NCBI GenBank assembly: GCA_023129115.1
Contig: JAGMCR010000003.1
Span: 104,500 to 168,499 of the forward strand
Origin: Candidatus Iainarchaeum sp.
GTDB lineage: Archaea > B1Sed10-29 > WALL01
Direction: 5' to 3'
DNA: 64,000 nt
Under the pieces are notes generated by a model. The model was not told the origin of the DNA. It searched no databases and saw only the letters and a list, made by a program, of their open reading frames with translations. The first letter of the stretch is position 1. Every line of letters starts with the position of its first letter. A program made the position numbers and the translations under genes. Of this stretch, positions 38,343 to 48,145 are shown in pieces.

Positions 38343-38636
38343 ATGCAGTCGCAAGTAGCAATTAGTGGGTTCAAGCCAGAAAAAGTCCTGCGTTATCCGC
38401 GCCTGGACACTATCTTGATGGTGGAAGAGTTCATACAAAAGCATAGTGGTGACTATTCAAAAAAGCAGGTGTGGGAGAGGCTGCCCCGCAAGACAATGTA
38501 CCAGACCTTCTGTACTATCATTGATTACCTTGAGTACTCCAACAAGATAATTTTTGACAGAGAAAAAAAGCTGGTGTGGATATGGGACCCGGAGGGAGTG
38601 AGGAAGCTCTTGAGCAAGGGACTGATTGTGAAATGA
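38343..38636 (+). CDS. wHTH protein, putative antitoxin
   Basis: PRLDTILMVE...RKTMYQTFCTIIDYLEYSNKI; ATGA overlap with RelE-like gene. Confidence 0.7.
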   Translation: MQSQVAISGFKPEKVLRYPRLDTILMVEEFIQKHSGDYSKKQVWERLPRKTMYQTFCTIIDYLEYSNKIIFDREKKLVWIWDPEGVRKLLSKGLIVK

Positions 38637-38977
38637 CTAGAGATATCCACGTTGGTTTCATTGACGAGAGATTGAAGAAGGCGTTTGACAAGCTCGAGAA
38701 AGGCAAGTTCGAGGACAAGGAGTTATACCAGTTTATCGACAGGGCAATGGACGACCTCAAGGCAAATCCTGCTTGCGGAATACAGATTCCAAGCAAGCTC
38801 ATCCCAAAGGAATACATCAAGAAATACAAAATCAATAACCTGTGGAAGTATGACTTGCCGAACGCGTGGCGCCTCCTCTACTCAATAAAAGCGAACGAAG
38901 TGCTCATAGTCAGTGTTGTCATAGAATGGCTCCGCCACAAAGACTACGAAAAAAGGTTCAAATACAAGAAAAAGTAG
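38633..38977 (+). CDS. RelE/ParE-like toxin
   Basis: LKANPACG..IP, LWKYDLPNAWRLLYSI, HKDYEK pattern. Confidence 0.7.
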   Translation: MTRDIHVGFIDERLKKAFDKLEKGKFEDKELYQFIDRAMDDLKANPACGIQIPSKLIPKEYIKKYKINNLWKYDLPNAWRLLYSIKANEVLIVSVVIEWLRHKDYEKRFKYKKK

Positions 38978-39177
38978 CAACTCATTTGTTTTCCGCAGAA
39001 ATTTCCTAGGAAATCCACGGTGATTCCGCGGAATTTGGGGCGCGACGAGAGTGCTCTTCGTTCATCACCAAAGTTTCGATGGTGCAGGCTCTACTACCGT
39101 AGGGCCAGAGCCCCGGGAGGGAATCAAACCCAATCAATTTTTACTCGTTTCTTCCGCCTTTCTCGTTCTTATGGAAT

Positions 39178-40935
39178 TCAGCGGACAGTCACTGCCTTTG
39201 CCAAGTGCTTTGGTTTGTCCGGGTCGCATCCCCTGAGCTTTGCCAGGTAATACGAAAAGAGCTGGACTGGGATTATGTCGACAATCGCGTTGCCGTCGCC
39301 GACGTCCGGCACCTTGATGTGGCAGTCAAAGGTCTCGTTGTTTTCTGGTGAGACCCCAATTATGTACGCACCGCGTGCCTTGAGCTCCATCGCGTTGCTC
39401 AATATATCCGCCTTTGTTTCATCGCTTGGAGAAAAAACAAGGCAAGGCATCCCGTCATAAACAAGGGCTATGCTCCCGTGCTTCGCTTCCCCGCCACAGA
39501 ACCCGAGGCAGTTCACGTAAGCGACTTCCTTTACCTTCAGCGCCGCCTCCAACGCAGTGGGGTAGCTCACCCCCCGGCCAATGGAAAACATGTGCTCTTC
39601 CTTGTGAAGCTTTGATGCCAGCTCAACAATCTTTATCCTCGACTCCGCCGAAGTCAATTCCTCGGCAGCCTCCGCCGCTTTTCTGACAAGCTCTTTTCCT
39701 TCCTTGAGCTTGCCAACGCAGGCATAGGCAAGCATCGTCAGCAATGCGACCTGGGAGGTATATGTTTTCGTGGAAAGCACTCCAATCTCGGGGCCCGAGT
39801 TCATGAGTAGGCAAGAGTGTGATGCACGCATCAGCGAAGAGCCCATCACGTTCACGATTGAAAGAATCTTTGTCCCCTTTTTCTTCGCAGTCTTTACAGC
39901 CGCCATCACGTCCGCTGTCTCGCCGCTCTGGCTGATTGGAATCATCAAAGTCCTTTCAGTCAAAAAGTCTTCGTAGTAAGGGAATTCACTGGCGTAAACA
40001 ACGTTGATGTGCTTCTTTGTAATCTTCGAAAAGATGTACGACGCAGTCAGCGCTGCATGATACGAGGAGCCGCACGCCACAAAAAACACTCCAAACGCAT
40101 TATTTATCTGGTCCGCGATATCCATCAATGTTTTGTCTTCATGGGCCACAGCCCGCAATAGGGAATCTTTTTGTTCACTAATCTCCTTGATCATATAGTG
40201 CTCAAACTCTCCCTTGCTGGCCTGCTCCGCGTCCCACTCGACTTCAGTGGCTTCCTTCTCAATTTCCTTCCCGGTCACCACGTCATAGAACTCGGCGCCA
40301 TTGTTCAGCACAGCCATTTCTTCGTCGCCAAGAAAAACAACTTTTTTGGTGTGGTCTATGAACGCGGGGACGTCGCTGGCGAGGAAGCACTCCCCGTCGC
40401 CGATTCCAACAACGAGCGGCGAGTCCTTCCTCGCGCCTATGACCTCGTCTTCGTCTGCTTTTATCGCCACAATGGCGTACGAACCCCTCAGGTGCTCAAT
40501 TGCCTTGAGGACGGATTCCCTGAACGGGTGTGCCTTTGCGTAGTCTTCGATGAGGTGAGCAATAACTTCCGTATCTGTATCAGAACTAAACAAGTGCCCC
40601 TTGGACATCAAGTACTTCCGCAGCTCCTGGTAATTCTCAATAATCCCATTGTGCACCACTGCAATGTTCCCGTCACAAGAAAGGTGCGGGTGCGCGTTGC
40701 GCTCGCTTACTCCGCCGTGCGTGGCCCAGCGCGAGTGGCCGATTGCAGTGTGCGTCTCCGGGAGCTTTCCCTCGAACTCCCCGAGCTTCTCGGCCCTCTT
40801 CAAGCTGAAGAGCCCTCTGTCTTTTTTCGCGGCGATTCCCCACGAGTCGTAGCCCCTGTACTCGAGCCGCTTGAGCCCAGTAAAGATTATTTCAGAAGCA
40901 TTCTCTGGGCCCTTGTAGCCGATGATTCCGCACAT
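39178..40935 (-). CDS. glmS: Glutamine-fructose-6-phosphate aminotransferase
   Basis: MCGIIG, EYRGYDS, HSRWATHG, SQSGETAD, LAKAVTV. Confidence 0.96.
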   Translation of the reverse strand: MCGIIGYKGPENASEIIFTGLKRLEYRGYDSWGIAAKKDRGLFSLKRAEKLGEFEGKLPETHTAIGHSRWATHGGVSERNAHPHLSCDGNIAVVHNGIIENYQELRKYLMSKGHLFSSDTDTEVIAHLIEDYAKAHPFRESVLKAIEHLRGSYAIVAIKADEDEVIGARKDSPLVVGIGDGECFLASDVPAFIDHTKKVVFLGDEEMAVLNNGAEFYDVVTGKEIEKEATEVEWDAEQASKGEFEHYMIKEISEQKDSLLRAVAHEDKTLMDIADQINNAFGVFFVACGSSYHAALTASYIFSKITKKHINVVYASEFPYYEDFLTERTLMIPISQSGETADVMAAVKTAKKKGTKILSIVNVMGSSLMRASHSCLLMNSGPEIGVLSTKTYTSQVALLTMLAYACVGKLKEGKELVRKAAEAAEELTSAESRIKIVELASKLHKEEHMFSIGRGVSYPTALEAALKVKEVAYVNCLGFCGGEAKHGSIALVYDGMPCLVFSPSDETKADILSNAMELKARGAYIIGVSPENNETFDCHIKVPDVGDGNAIVDIIPVQLFSYYLAKLRGCDPDKPKHLAKAVTVR

Positions 40936-41076
40936 AGGGGAACTCTTTTGCCCAGATCCATTTATAAATGACCATTAAAACCCCCGTTTTAGCCAACGGC
41001 TTTTTTACCATGAATAACCTAAAAACCGCCCAATAAACCCAAATATTTATATTTAACCATTATAACAACTATTTTA

Positions 41077-41934
41077 ATGGTCTTGCTGAGCAAGAAGGCG
41101 GGTGGGATGCAGGCGCGGCTTGTATCCCCGACAGAGCTGAAGCTCCTCCTCGAGCCGACGCGCTGGCGAATCCTGAAGCTCCTCACCGCCGGCCCGAACT
41201 ACGCGAGCGCGGTGGCCCGCGAGCTCGGCCTGAACGAGCAATTGGTCCACTACCACTTCAACCAGCTCAAGAAATCGGGCGTAATCTCTGTCGTCCGGAC
41301 CGAGGAAAAGCGCGGCGCCTTGACGCGCTTCTTCGGCGTGAAGGACCACGCGTTCGCCGTGCTGCTGCGCGAGGAGTGGGAGGAGGCCCCTGTACCCAAA
41401 GTCCTAAAGGGCTTTTACACCAAGGGCGCTTTCGACGGCAAAATCGTTGTTGGCTCACCTGACCCGCACGGCCCATTCCAGGCGCGGGCCAGGGACGGCT
41501 TCTACGCGGCCGACCTCGCGCTTTACCTTGGCTCCTTGTCCTCGTCCGCAAAGCCGTGTGTGCGGTTGGACACAGAAGTGCGCGACGACGAATTAAAGGG
41601 CAACGTCGTGCTTGTCGGCGGCCCCATAGTCAACTTAATCACGGCCAGAATCAACGACTCCCTGCCCATCCGCATCGCGACTGGCGAGCGGCACAGCGTC
41701 TATTCCGAAAAGACTGGCAAGCACTATTACGAGAGCTCCGGCTTTGTCCTCCGCACAAAGAGCCCGTGGGGCAAAGGGGAATTGCTGGTCGTCGCGGGCA
41801 AGAGCATTGCCGGCACAAAGGCCGCCATTTTGTCAATCGTCCAGTCGGCCGAACTCCTCACTGGCAGCAATGTGGTTAAGGGCGTTGACTTGGACGGCGA
41901 CGGCGTGGTCGACGCCGCCGAGATTCTGGAGTGA
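41077..41934 (+). CDS. ArsR-type HTH regulator with C-terminal domain
   Basis: PTRWRILKLL..PNYASAVARELGLNEQLVHYH; VGSPDPHG, LVGGPIVN, DLDGDGVVD. Confidence 0.8.
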   Translation: MVLLSKKAGGMQARLVSPTELKLLLEPTRWRILKLLTAGPNYASAVARELGLNEQLVHYHFNQLKKSGVISVVRTEEKRGALTRFFGVKDHAFAVLLREEWEEAPVPKVLKGFYTKGAFDGKIVVGSPDPHGPFQARARDGFYAADLALYLGSLSSSAKPCVRLDTEVRDDELKGNVVLVGGPIVNLITARINDSLPIRIATGERHSVYSEKTGKHYYESSGFVLRTKSPWGKGELLVVAGKSIAGTKAAILSIVQSAELLTGSNVVKGVDLDGDGVVDAAEILE

Positions 41935-41935
41935 A

Positions 41936-42328
41936 CTATTCGCGCTTCAGCCCAAGCCTTTCTATAAGGCCGGGGTGGAGTACGAGGAATCTGGTGACTG
42001 GCTGGCTGTAGTGCTTGAGCATTGTCTCGCCTTCTTTCCACATGGCTACTTCTTTGCTGATTAGAAATTCGTGGCAGGCTTTTCCGATGCTTGGCCGCAC
42101 GGCGCCCCCTTGGCTGAGTGTTCGCGAGACGTCGGCTATTGCGGCGCGGACACTCCCCAGCTCTTTTGCCTTAAGCTCTTCTGGCTGGCCCTCGTATTTT
42201 TGGTTCACGTAGTCCTCGGCGTCCCGCCCCTTGAGTCTGCTGAAAAAAGCAGCCAATTTTTTCTTGCTCTCTGGGGCAAATTCAATGGCTGGCTTTTCAA
42301 TGGGGTGGGGGCTCTTTTCCCTTGGCAC
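41936..42328 (-). CDS. Hypothetical protein
   Basis: 130-aa ORF with GGAGTGA RBS. Confidence 0.6.
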   Translation of the reverse strand: MPREKSPHPIEKPAIEFAPESKKKLAAFFSRLKGRDAEDYVNQKYEGQPEELKAKELGSVRAAIADVSRTLSQGGAVRPSIGKACHEFLISKEVAMWKEGETMLKHYSQPVTRFLVLHPGLIERLGLKRE

Positions 42329-42332
42329 TCCA

Positions 42333-42557
42333 TCACTCCTTTGGCTTCAGCGCCCTTACCATCAGGTCCTTGAGGAGCTTCAGCACGAGCAGGAGCACGA
42401 ACAAGTACAGCGGGTACCACAAGTGCGGCTGGCTGTGGTACTGCGCCCCGTACCATACGCCAATAGTAAAGATTGCAAGCATTATCCCAATAACTGTGGT
42501 CGCTATGTCTTCAATGGAGTCCATGATGTCGTTCACAATGGTTTTGACTATTGCCAT
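42333..42557 (-). CDS. Small two-TM membrane protein
   Basis: GGTGAGG RBS; two hydrophobic helices. Confidence 0.65.
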   Translation of the reverse strand: MAIVKTIVNDIMDSIEDIATTVIGIMLAIFTIGVWYGAQYHSQPHLWYPLYLFVLLLVLKLLKDLMVRALKPKE

Positions 42558-42640
42558 TTCCTCACCATAGTATTATTGCATTATGGGGTTTAAATCAGTT
42601 TCCAAAACCCTTATATACAAACCTAGCCTACTATTGGCTT

Positions 42641-42904
42641 ATGGACGGCTTGGCGGCAAGCGTTTTCGCCATAACCAGCGCTGGCCTGATGGGCTACTCA
42701 TTCGCGCTGCTGCTGGTTGTGAGGAAAAAGCAGGAGGGCAAGAAGAGGAAAACCATAGCGAACATGCTCCCGCTTTTCTCGATGCTCTTCATGCTCTACT
42801 TCGCGCTCGAGAGCTTTGCCTACGCCAAGGAAATCCTCGGCACCATTGGCATGATGCTCATGTTCTACATGGGGTACAAAGAGCTCGCGGAGGCGAGGAA
42901 GTGA
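42641..42904 (+). CDS. Small three-TM membrane protein
   Basis: ATG 42641 after TTATATA box. Confidence 0.65.
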   Translation: MDGLAASVFAITSAGLMGYSFALLLVVRKKQEGKKRKTIANMLPLFSMLFMLYFALESFAYAKEILGTIGMMLMFYMGYKELAEARK

Positions 42905-43170
42905 TTCTGTTCCTCCTCGTGCTCGAGTTCTGCCTCGCGATGGCGGTGGTCATACTCTTCCTATACATTTCGTCGCTCGAGGGCAAGGAGTTCCTGGACT
43001 GGCTCATCATAGTGATGGTGTTCTTCGCCATAATAAAGCTGGCCAGCGTCTTTATGGTAATCCACGGCATGGGCGGGTCCGGCGACGTAATTGCCACGCT
43101 CGACCTTGGCTTCGCCACGGCGTTTACTGCCTTCGTCTTCCTTAGGTCAAGGGAAGTCGGTCTGGTATGA
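42901..43170 (+). CDS. Small three-TM membrane protein
   Basis: GTG 42901 overlapping previous stop; ATGA overlap with the kinase. Confidence 0.6.
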   Translation: MILFLLVLEFCLAMAVVILFLYISSLEGKEFLDWLIIVMVFFAIIKLASVFMVIHGMGGSGDVIATLDLGFATAFTAFVFLRSREVGLV

Positions 43171-43661
43171 TTGTCGTCACCGGCGTCCCGGGCACAGGCA
43201 AGACCGCTGTCGCCCGCCTTTTGTCGAAGCGCCTTTCCCTTGCCTTAATCGAGGTCAACTCACTGGTCCGCAAGAAAAAGCTTCACACCGGCAGGGAAAA
43301 TGGCTCGCTCGTCGTGGACATGAAAAAGCTTGCCACAGAACTCCGCGGCTTCGACGGCATCGTGGAAGGCCACGTCCTCTGCGAACTAAAACTCCCAGCG
43401 ACCGCCGTGGTCCTCCGCACCTCCCCCCGCGCCCTGAAGCGCCGCCTCGCCCCCCGCCGCTATTCCAGGCAAAAGCTGTCCGACAATGTCGAGGCCGAGG
43501 CCCTGGACTACTGCGCCATCAACGCGAAACAGAACTACAAGAAAATGATACAGGTAAACACAACTGGCTTGACCGCCCGGCAGTCAACAGCAAAAGTAAT
43601 CCATTACTTGAAAACACGCCAGTCGGATTCAGTGGACTGGAGCAGCTATTTCTTGGAGTAG
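43167..43661 (+). CDS. Adenylate kinase, AK6/Fap7-like
   Basis: VTGVPGTGKT, IVEGH, RRY..KL.DNVEAE. Confidence 0.88.
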   Translation: MIVVTGVPGTGKTAVARLLSKRLSLALIEVNSLVRKKKLHTGRENGSLVVDMKKLATELRGFDGIVEGHVLCELKLPATAVVLRTSPRALKRRLAPRRYSRQKLSDNVEAEALDYCAINAKQNYKKMIQVNTTGLTARQSTAKVIHYLKTRQSDSVDWSSYFLE

Positions 43662-44366
43662 CTATTTCTTCTTCTTTTTTCTTTTGCTCAGTGTTCCCAC
43701 TTTTATAATGCCCATTTCCTTTCCCGCCCGCAGGAACCGCTGGGACATTGTCATCTTGATTTTCGCTTTCTTTCCACCGGCGCCCGTCTCCAAAATGCTC
43801 TTCTCCTTCGCCATAGCCGCCTGGTCTTTCTCCATAATCGTCTTCCTCGCCTGCGCCCACGCCTGCTTGACAACTTCCCACCGCTGGTTCTTGTCGAGGA
43901 GGTGCACGAATTCGCTCGGCTTCTCCACAAGCTTTTTCTTTTTGCCTTTCACGTCGGGGTGGCCCTCCAGCTCCTCCACAACCAGGTCTGAAAACGCCTT
44001 TGCCACCACTATGTGGGCAATGTCATGGGCGATGGCGGCGTCTATCATGTAGCGGAGCTCGTCCTCGCCGCTGGCGCTTTCCCTCAGCCGCTCCACGACT
44101 TGCATGTAGAGCTTCATCTGCTCTTCTGGCGTTAGCAGGTGCGTGAACCGGTGGGCCTCTTTGTCAAGCTTTTCCTGTGTCACTCCGGCTTCCTCAAGCT
44201 TTGGGTGGCCCCCCAGCTCTTCTTTGGCCACCTCGGCAGTAACTTTCGGCACGAGAGCGTTCCACTTCATGACCCCCAGTAGGTCAAACGTCTTGCCCCC
44301 CATGTCAGCCGGCTTTGGCAACTCCCTCCGCTTGGGCTCTTCTTTTTTAGCTTTCTTTCCAGCCAT
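43662..44366 (-). CDS. Hypothetical charged protein
   Basis: 234-aa ORF with basic termini. Confidence 0.7.
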   Translation of the reverse strand: MAGKKAKKEEPKRRELPKPADMGGKTFDLLGVMKWNALVPKVTAEVAKEELGGHPKLEEAGVTQEKLDKEAHRFTHLLTPEEQMKLYMQVVERLRESASGEDELRYMIDAAIAHDIAHIVVAKAFSDLVVEELEGHPDVKGKKKKLVEKPSEFVHLLDKNQRWEVVKQAWAQARKTIMEKDQAAMAKEKSILETGAGGKKAKIKMTMSQRFLRAGKEMGIIKVGTLSKRKKKKK

Positions 44367-44400
44367 GGCGCACTAATTTTGCACTCCGGCAAATAAAAGC

Positions 44401-47400
44401 CTACCGCGCCAGCCGAATCGCCCTCTGCACCTTGGTCTCCATCTTCTTCTTTTTCCTTAGCTGCCACACCAGGGCAACAACCGCGACTGGCGCCAGAAAG
44501 AGCACGGAGTTCTCCATGGTGACAAGCCCAGTCGCCGGGCCCTTTCCCTCGTGCTCCAGTGCATGTGTCGCGTACGCGTACGCCTGGTTTACATATCCCG
44601 CCTCAAGGCTCTGCCTCGCCAGCCCCGCATAGTGCCCGTCACCGCCCTCAAGCGCGGCCTCGACCAGCACTTCTGCCGCAGCCCTCGCCGAAGCAATTTC
44701 TTCCCGCACCGACTCAGCCAGCGCATTATAGCTCTCGTTCACTTCCGCGGGGTAGATGCCTTCCCTGTCAAGTGCCCCCAAGCCCTTCATCCCGCCGAGC
44801 TTCTTCACGCCCCTCGCCCGCTCGGCCAGAACATTCTTGAGCCCGTCCGCGACTTCTTCCAAGTAGTCCCCCCCAATCACGAACACCGGGTCGTCAAGCT
44901 CCACGCTGGTGTCACCTGCCCGCTCAAGCTCGGCCACGAACTTCGGCTCACTTGGTATCTCCGGGAACACAACAGTCGCGGCGAGCGAGTCTGCTTCTCT
45001 CTCTGCCTCCTCCACCATTTCCAGCAGCATCTGCTCTGAGTTCGCGAACATCAGGTAGTCGTCTTCCACCCCAGGAAACCTCTCCTCCAGCGCCGTGACG
45101 GCAGGCGACCCCAGCCCGAACTTTGCCAAGAGCTTGGCCGTGTTCTTCAGCCCAGTGACTTTTTCACTCATCTCGCCATACCGGGTGGCCAGCGCGTTGG
45201 CGGCGTCGGCCTTCGCCTTTTCCAGCTCCACTATCGCACCCATGGTGTCGCTGGGGAGCCACGGCAGCCCAAACCCCCTCTCCAGGAGCCAGGCCTCAAG
45301 CGCATTCTTCTGGTGCTCGAGCGCGAGCCGCCCGAGCCGCTCCTGCTTTTCCTTTTCCTGCTGCAGGAGCGCGGCCTCCACGTCGCCGAGCAGCTTGCCG
45401 CCGCGGCTTAGCACTTCGGAAGCGCTCTTTTCCAGCAGGGACTCATACCTCTTCACCAAGCCATCTTTGACAATCCCGCCATCGAGCCTGTCCAGCCCGC
45501 CCTTGATTTTCCTCAGCAGCTCTTCGCTGTCCTCGCCAAGGTCCAAATAACTGATGTCGACTGTGGAATACCCCGGGCAGCCGGCGCCGGTTATCAGCAC
45601 GCCTACAACCCCGGCGTTTTCCGCGTGGCCGTTGCTCGCCGAAACCGTGTCTCCCTGCGACATCGGCCGCGGGAGCACGATGTTGATGTCCTGCCTGCTC
45701 CTGCAGTTGAGCGTAAGCACGTACCTGCACGTGACTTTGGTGCCGTCGCCCTCGCACGCGGGCCCTGCCACCTCCATGGAGGGCACGGCATCGAACTCTA
45801 CTTCGAAGCTATGGTTTCCGGGGCTGTCGACCGCCAGCTCAATCCCGCCGGGCACAAGCCCCGCCCCCGGGGTGAAGACCTCAAGGGCGCCTTCCACGTC
45901 GAACTCCACGACCGCCATTCCGACGCCAACTGACTCTATTTCCCGTGAGGCAACACGCGTCTCCCTGTCCGGGTAAATCCACCCTATCAGTTCCTCGGTC
46001 CCGCCGCACCGCATGGGCGTCTCCACCCTGGTGAAGGAGTCCACGCGCTCTTCGTGGGGCGCGAGCACTGCGCCGTTCCACTCTATCTCGAACCCATACG
46101 GGTTCACCACGGTTTGCCGGTAGTGGACTGTCGCCGCCTGGTTGCACCTGGCCTCCGGCGCCTCCCTTTCTGTCAGCACAACGACTAGCTGCTCCGGGGA
46201 AAGCGCTTCCAGCGCTTTCTCCCCGACATCGCGGTAAAGCTCCGAGGCCTCGGCCAAGTGCCCTAAGGCCTCGAGGCCAATTGTCCCGGAGTAATACCCC
46301 TCCATGCGCCCCATCCTGCCGGCTAGCCCCCCGGCCCCACCGACTTCCTCGAGCATTGCCATAAGCCTCTTTGCCTCCACGCGCTCGTCGGCGAGCGCCG
46401 GGAAGAACTTCTTGGCCTTTGCCCAGATGCTCTCCTGCGCGTGGACTGCTGTCCAGTACGCTTTTTCGAGGAGCACGGCCTTGCTCTCGAGCAGCCAGTC
46501 GCCGCCTGCATAGCCCCTGGCCTTTTTGAGCTCGATTTTTTCTTCTTCCACGCTGAAGTCGGCGGCGGCCTTCTGTATCATAATTTCGAGCCTCTCGATT
46601 TCCGCGAGGGCGAGCTCCGGCCTTTCGTTGTCGCTTGCCTTGATGAACCGCAGCTCCCGTATTGCTTCAACATATTGCCCTATGTCGCCGTCGGCCGACT
46701 GGCACTTCTTCAATGCCTCTTCCACCTTGGCGGCTGAGAACAGCCCGTCCTCGAGCGACTTCTGCCGGGCCTGCTCTGCCTCGCTATCGCACAGCCTCTC
46801 TAGGTCGCGCGCCATCTCCCCAAGCACTTCGGTGCCGTGCCCGGCAAGGCCTGCGCCGTGTGTTGCCTCGGCTGCGGCCTGCCTCTTCCGTATTGTGGAG
46901 AGCGCGAGGTAGTTGTCCTGCTTCATCATGTTGATGGAGCTTGCCTCGGCCGTGAGCGCGTCGACGATTGCCTTGCTCTCCTTTGCGGCGGCCAACAGGT
47001 CGCTCGGCTTCTGCGGGATTTTCCCGAGCACTTCCTCGACCGCGGCGTAGTTGACTTCGCCGGCCCTGGCCTTTTCCAGCTTTTCTATTTCTTCCTCGAG
47101 CCGCTTGGCGCTGTCGGCGCGCTTCTTTTCTGCGTCTGCGTGCTCGTTGTTCATGAGCGCCGTGGCCTCCCTAATCCGCTTGTTGGCCTTCAGCACCTCG
47201 CGTATCCCGGAATTCCAGTCGCCCGCGCCGATTAAGTTGTTGTATGGCTTGTGGTATTGTGTGGCCAGGGCGGACGGCGTGATTTCGAGGCAGTCCATGA
47301 GCCCGCCAACCATCATTACGGGCAACAGCACGAGCCCCCTGCCCATGACTGTGGCAGTGAGATAGTCGTCCAGCCCGGGGAGCTGGCTGGTGTCGCACTT

Positions 47401-48063
47401 CGTTACGGTCTTTCCGTCCACTTTTATGGACGCGTAGCCATCGAGCCCGCTCTTGAATTTGCTGTAGCGGCCGCCCGGCTTCTCGTACTCGGAAACGAAT
47501 TCGGTGTACGCGTCGAACGGCTCGCCGCCGTATTCGGACAAGTCCCCGCCAAGCCTCCCGAGCTCCCGCAGGCTTGCCTCGGCCTCCTTCAGCGCAGCGA
47601 TTCCCGCCTGGCTTGCCTTGGCATTGCCTTTCGCGAGCTCGCCGGTCAGCTGCCCGACGAGCGACACGCATTTTGCAGGGTCCCAGGGGCAGGCGGCCTG
47701 TGCCTCGGCGTAGTGCGCCTTCGCGTCATTGATTGTGGTCCATGCGTCTTCTGTGTACTCCTCCGGCTTCTTGCCCCCGGTCTCTATCCCGCTGAAGTAG
47801 TTGTGCCTGCTTGCCCCCGGCACTATCGCGGAGTCGTAGAGCGCGGTGGTGTGGAACTGGTTGATGTTAATCACCCCGTCCACTGCCTGGATTGTGTCGC
47901 CCAGCATGGAAAAGGCGTCGCCGATGAATCCCCCGATTTCCCTCAAGAGGTATGCGCTGCCGACGGCTTTTTCAAGAGTTTCCCCGAACTCTGCCTCGGC
48001 ACAAAAAACGCCGGGCAGGAGCACGGCTAGTATCACTATTGCGTATAGCTTCCTTCTCCCCAT
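44401..48063 (-). CDS. Large secreted, C-terminally anchored protein (1220 aa)
   Basis: Signal peptide, long helical regions, central Cys-containing beta region, C-terminal TM + basic tail. Confidence 0.8.
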   Translation of the reverse strand: MGRRKLYAIVILAVLLPGVFCAEAEFGETLEKAVGSAYLLREIGGFIGDAFSMLGDTIQAVDGVININQFHTTALYDSAIVPGASRHNYFSGIETGGKKPEEYTEDAWTTINDAKAHYAEAQAACPWDPAKCVSLVGQLTGELAKGNAKASQAGIAALKEAEASLRELGRLGGDLSEYGGEPFDAYTEFVSEYEKPGGRYSKFKSGLDGYASIKVDGKTVTKCDTSQLPGLDDYLTATVMGRGLVLLPVMMVGGLMDCLEITPSALATQYHKPYNNLIGAGDWNSGIREVLKANKRIREATALMNNEHADAEKKRADSAKRLEEEIEKLEKARAGEVNYAAVEEVLGKIPQKPSDLLAAAKESKAIVDALTAEASSINMMKQDNYLALSTIRKRQAAAEATHGAGLAGHGTEVLGEMARDLERLCDSEAEQARQKSLEDGLFSAAKVEEALKKCQSADGDIGQYVEAIRELRFIKASDNERPELALAEIERLEIMIQKAAADFSVEEEKIELKKARGYAGGDWLLESKAVLLEKAYWTAVHAQESIWAKAKKFFPALADERVEAKRLMAMLEEVGGAGGLAGRMGRMEGYYSGTIGLEALGHLAEASELYRDVGEKALEALSPEQLVVVLTEREAPEARCNQAATVHYRQTVVNPYGFEIEWNGAVLAPHEERVDSFTRVETPMRCGGTEELIGWIYPDRETRVASREIESVGVGMAVVEFDVEGALEVFTPGAGLVPGGIELAVDSPGNHSFEVEFDAVPSMEVAGPACEGDGTKVTCRYVLTLNCRSRQDINIVLPRPMSQGDTVSASNGHAENAGVVGVLITGAGCPGYSTVDISYLDLGEDSEELLRKIKGGLDRLDGGIVKDGLVKRYESLLEKSASEVLSRGGKLLGDVEAALLQQEKEKQERLGRLALEHQKNALEAWLLERGFGLPWLPSDTMGAIVELEKAKADAANALATRYGEMSEKVTGLKNTAKLLAKFGLGSPAVTALEERFPGVEDDYLMFANSEQMLLEMVEEAEREADSLAATVVFPEIPSEPKFVAELERAGDTSVELDDPVFVIGGDYLEEVADGLKNVLAERARGVKKLGGMKGLGALDREGIYPAEVNESYNALAESVREEIASARAAAEVLVEAALEGGDGHYAGLARQSLEAGYVNQAYAYATHALEHEGKGPATGLVTMENSVLFLAPVAVVALVWQLRKKKKMETKVQRAIRLAR

Positions 48064-48145
48064 AGTACTCTCCCCGCACTAGTTATGTCCCTTGTCCCAT
48101 AAAAGCCTTGCGATTATTTATACCCGGCGAACAGAACGTTATGCA

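Noticed and set aside
38238-38444. N-terminal extensions in the ORF track (for example 38444, 36780, 56020, 58814, 26269)
   Set aside because: They overlap promoters or neighbouring genes; downstream starts with RBS or TATA support were preferred
40936-41076. glmS ribozyme
   Set aside because: AT-rich promoter region with no room or conserved core for it
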